Shown: one piece after another, positions 25,165 to 37,990 of the stretch | Numbering within the stretch: position 1 is the stretch's first letter | Layout: the number at the start of each line of letters is the position of its first letter | Assembly: GCF_001194135.2 (NCBI RefSeq) | Contig: NC_068982.1 | Coordinates: 44,439,654 to 44,503,653, forward strand | Direction: 5' to 3' | Origin: Octopus bimaculoides | Lineage: Eukaryota | Length of the DNA: 64,000 bases | The notes under the pieces: model-generated | What the model saw: only the letters and a program-made list of their open reading frames with translations | Told to the model about the DNA's origin: nothing | Databases searched by the model: none | Position numbers and translations under genes: made by a program

Positions 25165-25292
25165 CTGAATTCGAATCTAGCCGAGGTCAACTTTCCATTC
25201 CATCCCTGCAATGTCGGTAAAATAAAGTACTAGTCGCATGCAGGGTATAATTTCATTAACCAATGTCCTCGAAATTTCAAGCCAAGCGCTTT
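25165..25292 (+). mobile_element. Headless SINE, family A
   Basis: ttcgaatctagccgaggtcaactttccattcatcc..ggtaaaataaagtac. Confidence 0.6.
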
Positions 25293-25733
25293 TACTAGAA
25301 ACAATTCGTGTTACTGCCTATTATAGAATCTTTTGCCTGCTACAAATAAAAAAAATACATCTTAAGATAAAACTGAATTATACATACATACATACACACA
25401 CACATACATGCATACATACATACATACATACATACATACATACATACATAATTGAAAAAATTGGAGTGAACAAGAAGGAGTGCGGTTGGACATTTATTTC
25501 TTAATCACTACAATTGTTTCCACACAACGTAGTTCTCCAGGCGTAGTTTTTCAAATACTTGATTATGCTACTGCTTCCCTGAATTATGAGATCTAGTTGT
25601 TTCCTCAGACGATACGTAAATGTTGTCTACTACTGGGTAGCACAGGCTAAATCTGAAAGTGGACGAGCTTTATATTGTACTCTACTACGTTCTTAACAGA
25701 CTATACCATAACTATATACATACACACATATAT

Positions 25734-25782
<49 letters not shown>

Positions 25783-26201
25783 NNNNNNNNNNNNNNNNNN
25801 NNNNNNNNNNNNNNNNNNNNNNNNNNNNNNNNNNNNNNNNNNNNNNNNNNNNNNNNNNNNNNNNNNNNNNNNNNNNNNNNNNNNNNNNNNNNNNNNNNNN
25901 NNNNNNNNNNNNNNNNNNNNNNNNNNNNNNNNNNNNNNNNNNNNNNNNNNNNNNNNNNNNNNNNNNNNNNNNNNNNNNNNNNNNNNNNNNNNNNNNNNNN
26001 NNNNNNNNNNNNNNNNNNNNNNNNNNNNNNNNNNNNNNNNNNNNNNNNNNNNNNNNNNNNNNNNNNNNNNNNNNNNNNNNNNNNNNNNNNNNNNNNNNNN
26101 NNNNNNNNNNNNNNNNNNNNNNNNNNNNNNNNNNNNNNNNNNNNNNNNNNNNNNNNNNNNNNNNNNNNNNNNNNNNNNNNNNNNNNNNNNNNNNNNNNNN
26201 N

Positions 26202-26241
<40 letters not shown>

Positions 26242-26559
26242 TGTCTGTGTGTAAGTATTGTTTTTAAGTTGCTTGAATAAATAAATGTATGTATATATAT
26301 GTCGCTGTATGTGTGTGTATGTATGTATGTGTGTGTGTGTAAGTATTGTTATTGTTAAGCCCTATTTTATAAAATATAACATTAAACTGAAGAATTAATA
26401 CTTTTTAGTAAAGTACGTTTTCCTTTAAACAATATGAGAGGTGACAGTAACATCGAAGCTTTGGTCTGCTATCCTTCGTTTGACTGACTGACTGAGGAAT
26501 GCTAACTGGCCGAAAGTCCTCCCGGAGATGCTTGACATTCAGTCTTGGTTTGTTTAAAC

Positions 26560-26715
26560 TTCCGCAATTAGCGGTTCAACAAAAAGAGACCGGTAGAATA
26601 AGTAGCAAACTTTGAAAATATATATATACTGGGGTTCGGTTACTCGACAGAAAAAAAAAATCTTTTAAGGCGGTGCCCCAGTATGATCGCATTCCAGTGA
26701 CTGAAATAACTAAAG
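26560..26715 (+). mobile_element. 3' end of a family-C SINE
   Basis: agcggttc..aaaagagaccggtagaataagta..aaggcggtgccccagtatg..gactgaaa. Confidence 0.7.
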
Positions 26716-26810
26716 GACGAGTGTACATTTATGTACATATGTATATTTAGATACATATAAATATATATATACACACACACATGCACACACGCGCGCATAC
26801 ATACATACAT

Positions 26811-26843
<33 letters not shown>

Positions 26844-27788
26844 NNNNNNNNNNNNNNNNNNNNNNNNNNNNNNNNNNNNNNNNNNNNNNNNNNNNNNNNN
26901 NNNNNNNNNNNNNNNNNNNNNNNNNNNNNNNNNNNNNNNNNNNNNNNNNNNNNNNNNNNNNNNNNNNNNNNNNNNNNNNNNNNNNNNNNNNNNNNNNNNN
27001 NNNNNNNNNNNNNNNNNNNNNNNNNNNNNNNNNNNNNNNNNNNNNNNNNNNNNNNNNNNNNNNNNNNNNNNNNNNNNNNNNNNNNNNNNNNNNNNNNNNN
27101 NNNNNNNNNNNNNNNNNNNNNNNNNNNNNNNNNNNNNNNNNNNNNNNNNNNNNNNNNNNNNNNNNNNNNNNNNNNNNNNNNNNNNNNNNNNNNNNNNNNN
27201 NNNNNNNNNNNNNNNNNNNNNNNNNNNNNNNNNNNNNNNNNNNNNNNNNNNNNNNNNNNNNNNNNNNNNNNNNNNNNNNNNNNNNNNNNNNNNNNNNNNN
27301 NNNNNNNNNNNNNNNNNNNNNNNNNNNNNNNNNNNNNNNNNNNNNNNNNNNNNNNNNNNNNNNNNNNNNNNNNNNNNNNNNNNNNNNNNNNNNNNNNNNN
27401 NNNNNNNNNNNNNNNNNNNNNNNNNNNNNNNNNNNNNNNNNNNNNNNNNNNNNNNNNNNNNNNNNNNNNNNNNNNNNNNNNNNNNNNNNNNNNNNNNNNN
27501 NNNNNNNNNNNNNNNNNNNNNNNNNNNNNNNNNNNNNNNNNNNNNNNNNNNNNNNNNNNNNNNNNNNNNNNNNNNNNNNNNNNNNNNNNNNNNNNNNNNN
27601 NNNNNNNNNNNNNNNNNNNNNNNNNNNNNNNNNNNNNNNNNNNNNNNNNNNNNNNNNNNNNNNNNNNNNNNNNNNNNNNNNNNNNNNNNNNNNNNNNNNN
27701 NNNNNNNNNNNNNNNNNNNNNNNNNNNNNNNNNNNNNNNNNNNNNNNNNNNNNNNNNNNNNNNNNNNTATACACACATACACATAGGC

Positions 27789-27820
<32 letters not shown>

Positions 27821-27864
27821 TTGAAGATAACTCACTGATAGAAAGCAGGTCCATTTCGTTGATC

Positions 27865-27950
27865 TTCATTGTCGGTCATGTGTTCAGAATGGAATCAGGA
27901 GACACACTAAACCAACGAAGTTGGTGGCTGCCCGCATTTACTGGGAATAA
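27865..27950 (+). mobile_element. Possible RTE C-terminal remnant
   Basis: Translates VGHVFRMESGDTLNQRSWWLP, resembling the RTE GHV.RM motif; short and isolated. Confidence 0.25.
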
Positions 27951-28231
27951 AGAGAATAAATCGAAATAATAAAACGTGATACTGAACACAAACAAAAACA
28001 AGTATGAAATCGATATATGTATGAAATAATCCGTGAAATTATCTAGCAAAGCGCTGCGAAATATTGACGGAAGAAAATCTAAAACATTCAATATTTTTTT
28101 ATTTTTTAATTTGTATACGTAGTTTGCGCTGAACGCATACCTTTCCTCGTTACTCTCTTCTCTATTGAATTATATATATGTACGTGTGTGTGTATGTATA
28201 GTTATACATGCATACATACATATATATACAC

Positions 28232-28265
<34 letters not shown>

Positions 28266-28874
28266 ATATGTATTTATATCGGCATCAATATTTGTACATA
28301 CGTACATATGTATGTATATATATGTATGTATGTTTATATATATATGTGTATGTGTGCGTGTGTGTGTACGTACGGATGGATGGATGGATGAATGAACGCA
28401 CAGACGGACTTATGTATGTACGTATTGACGTCATTTGATTTTGGGCCTGTACTTGCCTATGCGCGTTGACTTATCAACTGAAAACTAAATAGAGCGATAG
28501 ATAACTAAGCAGATAACTAATAAACATGCAACTTGTTGCTTTTATTATTCTGCTAATTTGATCTGACATGCAATCATTTACTGCCTACCAGGTAATTTCA
28601 GCGTTTGTGAGCGTCCTTAAAAGCAGCTGTGTCTAATTAAGTGTGTACAGTTTATTGCTGGGCGATCGAAGAAAAAAATAAGAACAAAACGATGACAAGT
28701 ATATTGAAACATTGCAGAGAAAATGTCTTCTAACTTGTATTTCTGTTTGAATTACAGAAGTGAGCGTGCTTAGCACAAGAAATATATATATAAACAATAC
28801 ATATTCATATCTCTCTATATATATATATATGTATGTATATAGTAAATCCACAAAAGAAAGAGAAGAAACACATA

Positions 28875-29045
28875 TAGACAACAACACGAGGACGTGGTAC
28901 TTGCAAAGTATTAGCAGACGCTCATGGAAGGAAAGAGAGATGGTTTAACGTTTCGAGCAACGCTCTTCTTCAGAAACAGAGGAAAATCCAATAGAAAGGA
29001 AGACAGAGGAAGAAAACCACCAACGATTCACATGTAGTTACATTT
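28875..29045 (-). mobile_element. Family-S Penelope-like terminal repeat
   Basis: Same architecture as 1420-1600 and 36025-36200. Confidence 0.65.
28943..28977 (-). ncRNA. Minimal type I hammerhead ribozyme motif with canonical core
   Basis: Minus strand: gttt CTGAAGA a gagc gtt gctc GAAA CG TT aaac. Stem I gttt/aaac, stem II gagc/gctc. Confidence 0.7.
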
Positions 29046-29114
29046 TATGTGTGTGTGTCTGTCTGTCTGTGTCTGTGTGCGTATGTATGCATGTGTGTAT
29101 ATCTATATGTATGT

Positions 29115-29146
<32 letters not shown>

Positions 29147-29318
29147 TGCCTTTAGCAGTTGAAATATGTGACAAACACATTTCAACTAACCTAAATTGTG
29201 ATCATACGTAAACACTGCTTAGCGTATTTACTCTGATGTTTTTCTCGGTCGGGCGATCTGCTAACGCAAATCAGTCAATGTGTTGGCTGAATTATATATA
29301 AAGCTATAGGCTTTGTCA

Positions 29319-29422
29319 GTTCGTTCAGGGTTACCCCTCTCAGGTACATCTGATCGACAAAAGTCAATAAATTCGAAACATCGATGTCTCAGATTCCTGA
29401 GAGAGGGCGACACTGAACGAAC
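29319..29422. repeat. Imperfect inverted repeat (arms of about 35 bp)
   Basis: gttcgttcagggttacccctctcaggtacatctga ... tcagattcctgagagagggcgacactgaacgaac. Confidence 0.75.
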
Positions 29423-29450
29423 GGGTGTGTTTTCACGAAAAAGTAAATCC

Positions 29451-30301
29451 TTATATATACACGTTGATATATAACCTACGTTGGAACCCTTATTCGCATA
29501 ATCACCGAACCTGGAGCCTAACTATGGTCTATCCATAGCACTTATTCAGCATTACCTGAAACCTCTGGATCTAACTGACACCACTACCGCTCATAACCTC
29601 CTATATATNNNNNNNNNNNNNNNNNNNNNNNNNNNNNNNNNNNNNNNNNNNNNNNNNNNNNNNNNNNNNNNNNNNNNNNNNNNNNNNNNNNNNNNNNNNN
29701 NNNNNNNNNNNNNNNNNNNNNNNNNNNNNNTGTGTGTGTGTGTGTGTGTAAAATTTCTTTTTCAGAATGAGATAAAAAACCAAGGCTGTGAAGATTTTAG
29801 AACATTTATAGAAGGTCTTACAGCTGTTTCCAGGATATTTATTATATCCCTTCATCGGAGGTGGTGCGAGAAAATGGTTAAGCAATAGTTTAATTTAGAT
29901 AAGATACGAAATAGAGAGTGAAGTGGAGGAATGGAAATAGATGAGAGATATGAATTTTCATTCCTCCACTTAACTCTCTATTTCGTATCTTATCTAAATT
30001 AATTATTGCTTAACCATTTTCTCACACCGTCTCCGATGAAGGGATATAATAAATATCCTGGAAACAGCTGTAAGACCTTCTATTTATAAATGTTTTAAAA
30101 TCTTCACAGCCTTCGTTTTTTTTTTTTTTATCTCATTCTGAAAATTTTTTTTTATATATACACACGCTGTTATATGACCTACGTTGGACTCCTTATTCGC
30201 ATGATCACCGAACCTGGAGCTTAACTACGGTCTGTCCAAGGCACTTACTCAGCATTAACTGACACCTTTGTGTCTTACTGACACCATTACCTCTCATAAC
30301 C
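29451..30301 (+). repeat. Diverged ~150-bp direct repeat (29451-29600 and 30152-30301)
   Basis: Both copies read acctacgttgga..ccttattcgcat.atcaccgaacctggagc.taacta.ggtct..cataacct (about 85% by eye), each followed by (TA)n and a gap. Confidence 0.85.
29751..30147. mobile_element. Foldback/MITE-like long palindrome (arms of about 185 bp, spacer of about 20 nt)
   Basis: ttcagaatgagataaaa..aggctgtgaagatttta..gaaggtcttacagctgtttccaggatatttattatatcccttcatcggag..gtggaggaatg is mirrored at 29957-30147 with a few substitutions and indels. Confidence 0.85.
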
Positions 30302-31170
30302 TATATATATATATATNNNNNNNNNNNNNNNNNNNNNNNNNNNNNNNNNNNNNNNNNNNNNNNNNNNNNNNNNNNNNNNNNNNNNNNNNNNNNNNNNNNN
30401 NNNNNNNNNNNNNNNNNNNNNNNNNNNNNNNNNNNNNNNNNNNNNNNNNNNNNNNNNNNNNNNNNNNNNNNNNNNNNNNNNNNNNNNNNNNNNNNNNNNN
30501 NNNNNNNNNNNNNNNNNNNNNNNNNNNNNNNNNNNNNNNNNNNNNNNNNNNNNNNNNNNNNNNNNNNNNNNNNNNNNNNNNNNNNNNNNNNNNNNNNNNN
30601 NNNNNNNNNNNNNNNNNNNNNNNNNNNNNNNNNNNNNNNNNNNNNNNNNNNNNNNNNNNNNNNNNNNNNNNNNNNNNNNNNNNNNNNNNNNNNNNNNNNN
30701 NNNNNNNNNNNNNNNNNNNNNNNNNNNNNNNNNNNNNNNNNNNNNNNNNNNNNNNNNNNNNNNNNNNNNNNNNNNNNNNNNNNNNNNNNNNNNNNNNNNN
30801 NNNNNNNNNNNNNNNNNNNNNNNNNNNNNNNNNNNNNNNNNNNNNNNNNNNNNNNNNNNNNNNNNNNNNNNNNNNNNNNNNNNNNNNNNNNNNNNNNNNN
30901 NNNNNNNNNNNNNNNNNNNNNNNNNNNNNNNNNNNNNNNNNNNNNNNNNNNNNNNNNNNNNNNNNNNNNNNNNNNNNNNNNNNNNNNNNNNNNNNNNNNN
31001 NNNNNNNNNNNNNNNNNNNNNNNNNNNNNNNNNNNNNNNNNNNNNNNNNNNNNNNNNNNNNNNNNNNNNNNNNNNNNNNNNNNNNNNNNNNNNNNNNNNN
31101 NNNNNNNNNNNNNNNNNNNNNNNNNNNNNNNNNNNNNNNNNNNNNNNNNNNNNNNNNNNNNNNNNNNNNN

Positions 31171-31230
<60 letters not shown>

Positions 31231-31781
31231 TACATGTGTATATATATATTATAAGTCATAGAAGAGCAATAGGATTGGCCTTTTCTGTAACCTGTGTGAG
31301 CGTTTGTCATGTTAGAAAAATTCTCCATTTAAATTAGTTGCAATCTTATAGTTTCACCTCACACTTATCTCGCTCGCGGAGCATCATTGAAGTATCTGCA
31401 GGAGTAGATTCTCATTATCTTCTCAAAGACTTGCAATAAGACATGAAGTTGGTCATATCTTCTGTGAAAACTCTTGTTAATGAAATAGTGATATACCGTA
31501 GCTCATAGAATTTAGTTGTAACTATAGTATAGTATTATTATGATTGTACAAGGTGGGCTGAAGTAATGACGGTGGAAGTACGTTGACCATGAATATTGTA
31601 CGCTGACCATTTCATAATCGGAACAGTGGCTTGTTCGGCTGCAGTGGTGGCACCTGGATTAGTATAACTCAGTGCGATAACTCATGGTGTCATGCCCAAC
31701 CTATCATCATGACCTCATTCCATACCATACAGATTCCTTACTGGCTGGCATGGCTGCGTAGTTAAGACGGACACTAATATT

Positions 31782-31968
31782 GATTTCAAATTTTGGCTCA
31801 AGACCAGTAATTTCGGGTGAGGTGCTAAGTCGATTATATCGGCCCAGTATTCAACTGGTACCTATTTTATTGACCCCGAAGGGAAGACAAAGTGGACCTC
31901 GGCGGAATTTGAACTCAAAAAGTAAAGACGGACGAGATGCCATTAAGCATGTTGCTTGACGTGCTAAA
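31782..31968 (-). mobile_element. 5'-truncated family-A SINE with a 13-bp TSD (GGACACTAATATT)
   Basis: TSD copies at 31769-31781 and 31972-31984. Confidence 0.8.
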
Positions 31969-31991
31969 GAAGGACACTAATATTATACTGG

Positions 31992-32427
31992 TGCAGGATC
32001 GTCAGCACGCCGGGCGAAATGCTTAACGGTACTTCCTCTTCCGCTACGTTCTGAGTTCGAATTCCGCCGAGGTCGACTTTGCCTTTCCCCTTTTCGGGGT
32101 CGATAAATTAAGAACCAGTGAAACACTGGGATCGATGCAACCGACTAGCTCCCTTCCCCCAAAATTTCAGGCCTTGTGCCTATAGAAGTAAAGAATATTA
32201 TACTGATGTTTTAAGGTGGTGAGCTGGCAGAATCGTTAGTACGCCGGGCAAAATGCTTAAAGGCATTTCATAGGTCTTTACGCTCTGACTTCAAATTCCG
32301 TCGAGGTCCACTTTGTCTTTTATCATTTTGGGATCGATAAAATAAGTACCGGTTGAGCACTAGGGTCGGTGTATCTAATTTAGCACTGGGCCAGGAACAG
32401 CTGGCATTGTACCAATATTTGAAATCA
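31992..32427 (+). mobile_element. Two tandem family-A SINEs (31992-32195, 32212-32427)
   Basis: The second copy is flanked by the direct repeat aatattatactgatgt (about 32195 and 32428). Confidence 0.85.
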
Positions 32428-33639
32428 ATATTATACTGATGTCTTTCCTGACCTATCTAAAGAGGAAATATCTGGAAATGGAAATGGAAACAAGACTCAG
32501 AAATGGAAACTAGAATCACCAGGTTATTTGTCGCTGTGGCTGTTGTTGCTTACCTCTAGACATTCAAGTCATGTATGAACAAAACCGTTCAAGTCTCCTT
32601 CTTAATTTGCTTTTGTTCAAACATCTAGTACTGTGTTATCCAATGAGTCCTTTTCTGGAAGACGATGTGTGTATAATACGAGAAAGCTTAAGATCAGACT
32701 TCTATTTTTAGCAGATCTTGTGAACACATTGAGGCTCCTTTAGTAGATCATTGTCTCTTAAGTATTCTCCATTGCAGGAAAAATACAGATACTTAAAGAG
32801 TGGTTTTTAAAATAGAGATAATTCTGAATCGCAGCTGCTTAGCATTTCTCAATGTTTAACATGCAAAAAAAAAGCAAAAGAAAAAAAAAAGAAACAAAAA
32901 AAAACTTACGCATATTAGATAAATTACAAATTAGTTTTACCTTAATTATCGAATCTAATATCAAGTTCCGAGAATGAAACAACTCGTTAGCTTACGTCAA
33001 ACCAACTGAAGATTAACGAGCAATTATATAATTTACAGTTCTGAAATCACCTAATTATACACTTGTTATTAACTTGCTACAAACATTATAATCCCCATCA
33101 TAAATATTCTTCATCGCATCTTCCCCAGACTCTCCATTTTGCTTCTCAATCATATGATCATACTATCACTACCCTCCTCATCCACGCAAAATAAAAAAGC
33201 AACTTTGCTTCAAGTAAGACTCGCAGAACGCTCCTAGTTCTCAAAACATTTGAGTCATTGAATCAGTAGTGTTACTATATAATCGACGATTCACTGACCC
33301 AAATTACCTCCCTTGGAAATTTCAAAATATTACATCAAAAGTTTAAATTGAAGGTTCTAAAATGTAGAGTATCGAAATATCATAGTAATCAGAGAGCCTT
33401 TAATAGGTCAAAGACCAACAGCAATATACTCACGGTTTGGAGAATATATTATGATGAAGTAAAGATAGCATTTATCATTCCTATGGATGGAATGACTGGG
33501 AGAAAATATCCTGAGATGCCTGTTGCATGAAAGCCTAATAGAAAGTGAGCATTAGTGTGCGGGAGTTAGTAATGTATGAAATGTTGTTTAGTTAAAATGG
33601 AACTCAGTCACATGCTAAACGACTAATATCGATAGGCAT

Positions 33640-33755
33640 CACTCATGAAATGGAGTCCTTTGCTCAATGATGCAATACACTACCTGGTCCAGGAGTTGAA
33701 CTCCAATTTTATGATGAAGACTGTGACACTCTAACCACTGGGCCACACGCCTTCA
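33640..33755 (-). mobile_element. tRNA-like head of a family-B SINE
   Basis: Reverse complement ggcgtgtggcccagtggttagagtgtc..gagttcaactcc. Confidence 0.55.
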
Positions 33756-33996
33756 TCTGAATGACTAATTCTGGTAATAAAGCAAAAGAGGGAGAAACTC
33801 GAAATTTTATTATAATTAATATGCAATATGATAGGTTGTTTTGAGCCAGATATTTAGCAATACAAGGACAACTACTATGACATACACCGGTTTTATTAGT
33901 CCGACTCAGTGAAGAATAGACAAATCATTACTGCAGATTTTGGATTATATATATATATATAATCGTGTGTGTGTGTGTGTGTTTGTATGTGCATAT

Positions 33997-34418
33997 ACTC
34001 TTTTACTCTTTTACTTGTTTCAGTCATTTGACTGCGGCCATGCTAGAGCACCACCTTTAGTCGAGAAAATCGACCCCAGGACTTATTCTTTGTAAACCTA
34101 GTACTTATTCTATCATTCTCTTTTTGCCGAACAGCTAATTTACGGGGACGTAAACATACCAGCATCGGTTGTCAAGCGATGGTGGGGGGACAAACACAGA
34201 CACACAAACACACATACATTTATATATATATACATATATATATATATACATATATACGACGGGCTTCTTTCAGTTTCCGTCTACCATATCCACTCACAAG
34301 GCTTTGGTCGGCCCGAGGCTATAGTAGAAGACACTTGCTCAAGGTGCCACGCAGTGGGACTGAACTCGGAACCATGTGGTTGGTAAGCAAGCTACTTACC
34401 ACACAGCCACTCCTGCGT
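33997..34418 (-). mobile_element. Full family-C SINE with internal (CA)/(TA) microsatellite
   Basis: Head (reverse complement gtggctgtgtggtaagtagcttgc..ggttccgagttcagtccc), body, internal microsatellite at 34195-34255 and tail ..gactgaaacaagtaaaagagtaaaagagt. Confidence 0.9.
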
Positions 34419-35981
34419 CTATATGTAATGAATACATATATATATGTATTCATTCATTAATCCATACATCTATCCATCCATCCATCCATCCATCCATCCA
34501 TACATACATACATACATACATACATACATGCATACATACGTACTTCTGCTCGTTAGTTCCTGACACACCAAAGGAGCAGGGCAGTGACCTCTAGATGTCC
34601 TCCTACTGTCCTTTAAGTGCCACTTTTAGTGAAGATTTAATTTGGAACCATTGTGTGAGCTTATTGCTCGTGCCACGAAGACCACTGCTTGAACTTGCTG
34701 CTGTCTCAAACTAGGTTTGTTCTTTCCATGTTTAGTGGCTTGCTGTTTTTCTTTTCAGTTCCGTTTTTCATTCCTTTACGTCCATAACTACATTGAGCTC
34801 TTCTCAACATCTCTGAATTTTGTGTATGGACATGGCCATTATAGCTTAAATGAATGACGAGGTGCGGGAACCTTGAGACGCCTTCTGCACGAAAACTAAG
34901 TAGTAAATTTGATGCCAGTATACTTGATATCATAAAATCAAAAAATCTCACAGTATTCCTAAAGGTAAGTCTAAATTTTCATTAAATGCCCATATTTAGT
35001 TTTGTCTCACCCTCCGTTTTATTTCTTTACACCAGAAGTATTTATAAAAATTACTATTATTATTTTTCTCGAATTACTGTATTAGGCATATTGACGCCTA
35101 CTTTACTATCCATTTTTCATGCAGGAACGTCCCTGAGTATTCTTTCAAATCATACTTTTGAATTATAAATCTACACACTGTTATCTCACATAGGTCTTAA
35201 ATATTATTCTCATCCTCTAAGGTCTACCAGTCATTGTTAGACAATGCTTCGTGGTGAGGTTTAATATGACCAAAATATTACTGAATGTGGCATCGTGCTG
35301 TTAAAGATCAGACTTACTTGCCAGTTCATTATATATTTAATTAATTTAATTTGATTAAAATGTCATGCAAGGGGACACAACCCCTTGCATCCGCTTTTTT
35401 TATACTAAAATTAGTTATTTAGAAAATATATTGTTTTCGAGGATCTCGTTATAATTAATAGCTCTTGATTTACTACATCAAATATACTAGCGCATATTTA
35501 CTAATATATTCAATCGATAAACAGGTGAAGGGTGGACACTACAAAGTTGTATTTTTAACATTACACAAACTGATATCTAATAGATCGTTTTTATTAGAAC
35601 AGATCAAATATACATTGATAAGTAATTGTAGATTAAGATTAACAAAATTGAGAAACGACTGGAGGTTGTAAGGTCAAATTATTTTGTACAGTATCTTAAT
35701 GCCTGGCTTAGCAGACAGGTTGGTACGACTAACGACATGAAAGTGATTTTTTTTCTCTCTCTCAAGAACATATAAAACTTCCTAGTTACGAGTCAAAAGG
35801 ACATAACATAATCACCTCCAGATTTTAGACAGATGTAAACAAAATCACACAGATATACACACACCGACAGGAACACATACACACATATTTAGTAAGATAG
35901 ATAGATAGATAGATAGAGAGAGAGATAGACGGACTGATGGACTGATGGACAGACAGACTAACAGACGGACGCCTACAATAT

Positions 35982-36019
<38 letters not shown>

Positions 36020-36024
36020 CATGT

Positions 36025-36200
36025 AACCTCGTGGGCATCGGTACCATTTTCCTCTTTCTCCGTTCTTCCATTCTCCGAACTTTCCATCTTTCCGACGAAG
36101 GGCTACGCCCGAAACGTCATACACTCTCTCTTTCCTTTCCTGAGCGTCCAATAATACTATCCATATCACGTCCTCACTTTGTTGTTTTTTTGTTATTGTT
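36025..36200 (+). mobile_element. Family-S Penelope-like terminal repeat
   Basis: Contains the hammerhead-like motif at 36088-36122 followed by tgagcgtc..aataatac..cacgtcctc..tgttg. Confidence 0.6.
36088..36122 (+). ncRNA. Degenerate minimal hammerhead-like motif
   Basis: ttt CCGACGA a gggc tac gccc GAAA CG TC ata. Stem II is compensated (gggc/gccc), but the core has U4>C and stem I is poor. Confidence 0.5.
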
Positions 36201-36253
36201 TTTTTTAACTATATATANNNNNNNNNNNNNNNNNNNNNNNNNNNNNNNNNNNN

Positions 36254-36285
<32 letters not shown>

Positions 36286-36850
36286 TGTGTGTGTGTGTGT
36301 ATCAACTATAATCAAGGATAAAATCTATATAGGATATTATCAAGTTGCTAGCATGTAAAACCCATATATTTAGTGAGGAGCTTTGAGAGGTGAATATATT
36401 TATTCAACCACTTCTTATTCTTAGGATTATGGTCGTTTGGCAGCCTTCGTCACATAATAATAATTTCAGTGTATGATAAATTATTTTAATTGTCTGCACT
36501 AATATGCATGCTATGCATTGTACCATGCAATTGTACATTTACAAATGAATGCAGATAAAGAATGCTAGCTCCTGTGATCACCATAACATCATGTCTACAC
36601 CAATGCTTTAACTCTAAGGATAACAAGTGATTAAATAAATATATTCACCTCTCATACTTCCTGTCTTATTATGATTTATAAACACGTCATGAGATAATTT
36701 CATCGATTAGATCTCTTGGATTTCGGATGAATAGAACTCTGCCTCATACTCCTTCGTATTAGATTACTATGTGGTATGGTAGCCGTGTCCACCACGGGAG
36801 CTTTCTGTGATAGCCACATAAGTCTATGAATCTACATACTGCACTACAAA

Positions 36851-36923
<73 letters not shown>

Positions 36924-37329
36924 AAAAGAGTGATTAAAACTCCAAGTGAATACTTTATAAACATTCCGTACGGATCAAACTTGGCAGATTAAATTGTCCA
37001 GTGAAAGTCACTCTAATCCAGGTCGGCCGTAAAATTACTTTTCGCTGTCCGTCCAATTTGCAAATCCAAGGTTCAAATACCGAATAAATTTGGTATAACG
37101 TCACAGAATATAGAGGTAAAGCACAAAGAATGAAGAATTATATATTCTTTAATTCGCTTACACGTATCTGATGTTAATTTTTCATGGTCGTAGACAAGTA
37201 TTTCCTACCATCACGTAAATATGGTAGGTTAACTGACATACAGTTAAATTTGCCTATTCAACTACGAGAAACTTGACTTCATTACCTTTGACGGAGTCCT
37301 TTTGCCAAAGAACAGTTTTATACACCTCA

Positions 37330-37990
37330 GGATTTCCCCACGTTGTTGATCATTTTATCCATTTGCACATTTTGTTGTGAGGTCTGGTTGCAGTCTTTTG
37401 TTGTATTTTGTGTTCGTATTGCGTATTGTGTATTTAATGCGAGTTGTGTTCTTCTGTTTGGTATCCAGCCCGTAGAGTTCATGTTGTGGTCGTTATTTTA
37501 TTAGATATTTACTGTATAGAGTATGTCTTATATTTCTTCATTGTTTTCTTTGGGTTGTATAATTGAATTGCTAGTGTATTGCGTAGGATGTTGGCTGTTC
37601 CTAGCAGGGTTATTTTGGGATAATGTGTAATGCTGAGAGTACAGGTATAGTTTCTACGTTTTTGTTCATATGTTTTTTATCCTACCTAGTGCTCCAGTTA
37701 CTACCAGTATTGTTTTCACCTTCATGCCCCACATCTTGAATATTCGAATTTCGAGTTCTCTGTACTTTGAAAGTTTCTCCACTTCTTTCGGGGCAATATT
37801 TTGGCCAGAAGGAACTGTAATGTCTATGAGTAATGAGGTGTTATTTTTCAGTTCTTGATTATTATGCCAGGGCGTTTAGATTTCGTTTCTTTGTCAGTTT
37901 GAACAGGCACATCTCAGATGATAGAACCTGGTCCGTTGTCATGTTGTCATGTAACTTGTCCGGTAAATGTTTATAAAATTTTTTGTTAGT
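37330..37990 (-). mobile_element. R4/Dong-like RLE retrotransposon 3' end (pseudogene)
   Basis: Minus strand: YKHLPDK..I*DVPVQTDKETKSKRPGII / LLIDITVPSGQNIAPKEVEKLSKYRELEIRIFKMWGMKVKTILVVTGALG / ITLLGTANILRNTL, i.e. the PD-(D/E)xK RLE domain with frameshifts and D>G in RPD. Confidence 0.85.

Noticed and set aside
32950-33330. Possible CR1/L2 3' tail remnant
   Set aside because: There is only a vague resemblance (..SLTQITSLGNFK) with no anchor motif.
34590-35170. Possible CR1/L2 remnant (TFSEDLIWNH..)
   Set aside because: One weak motif; downstream frames do not give a colinear match by eye.
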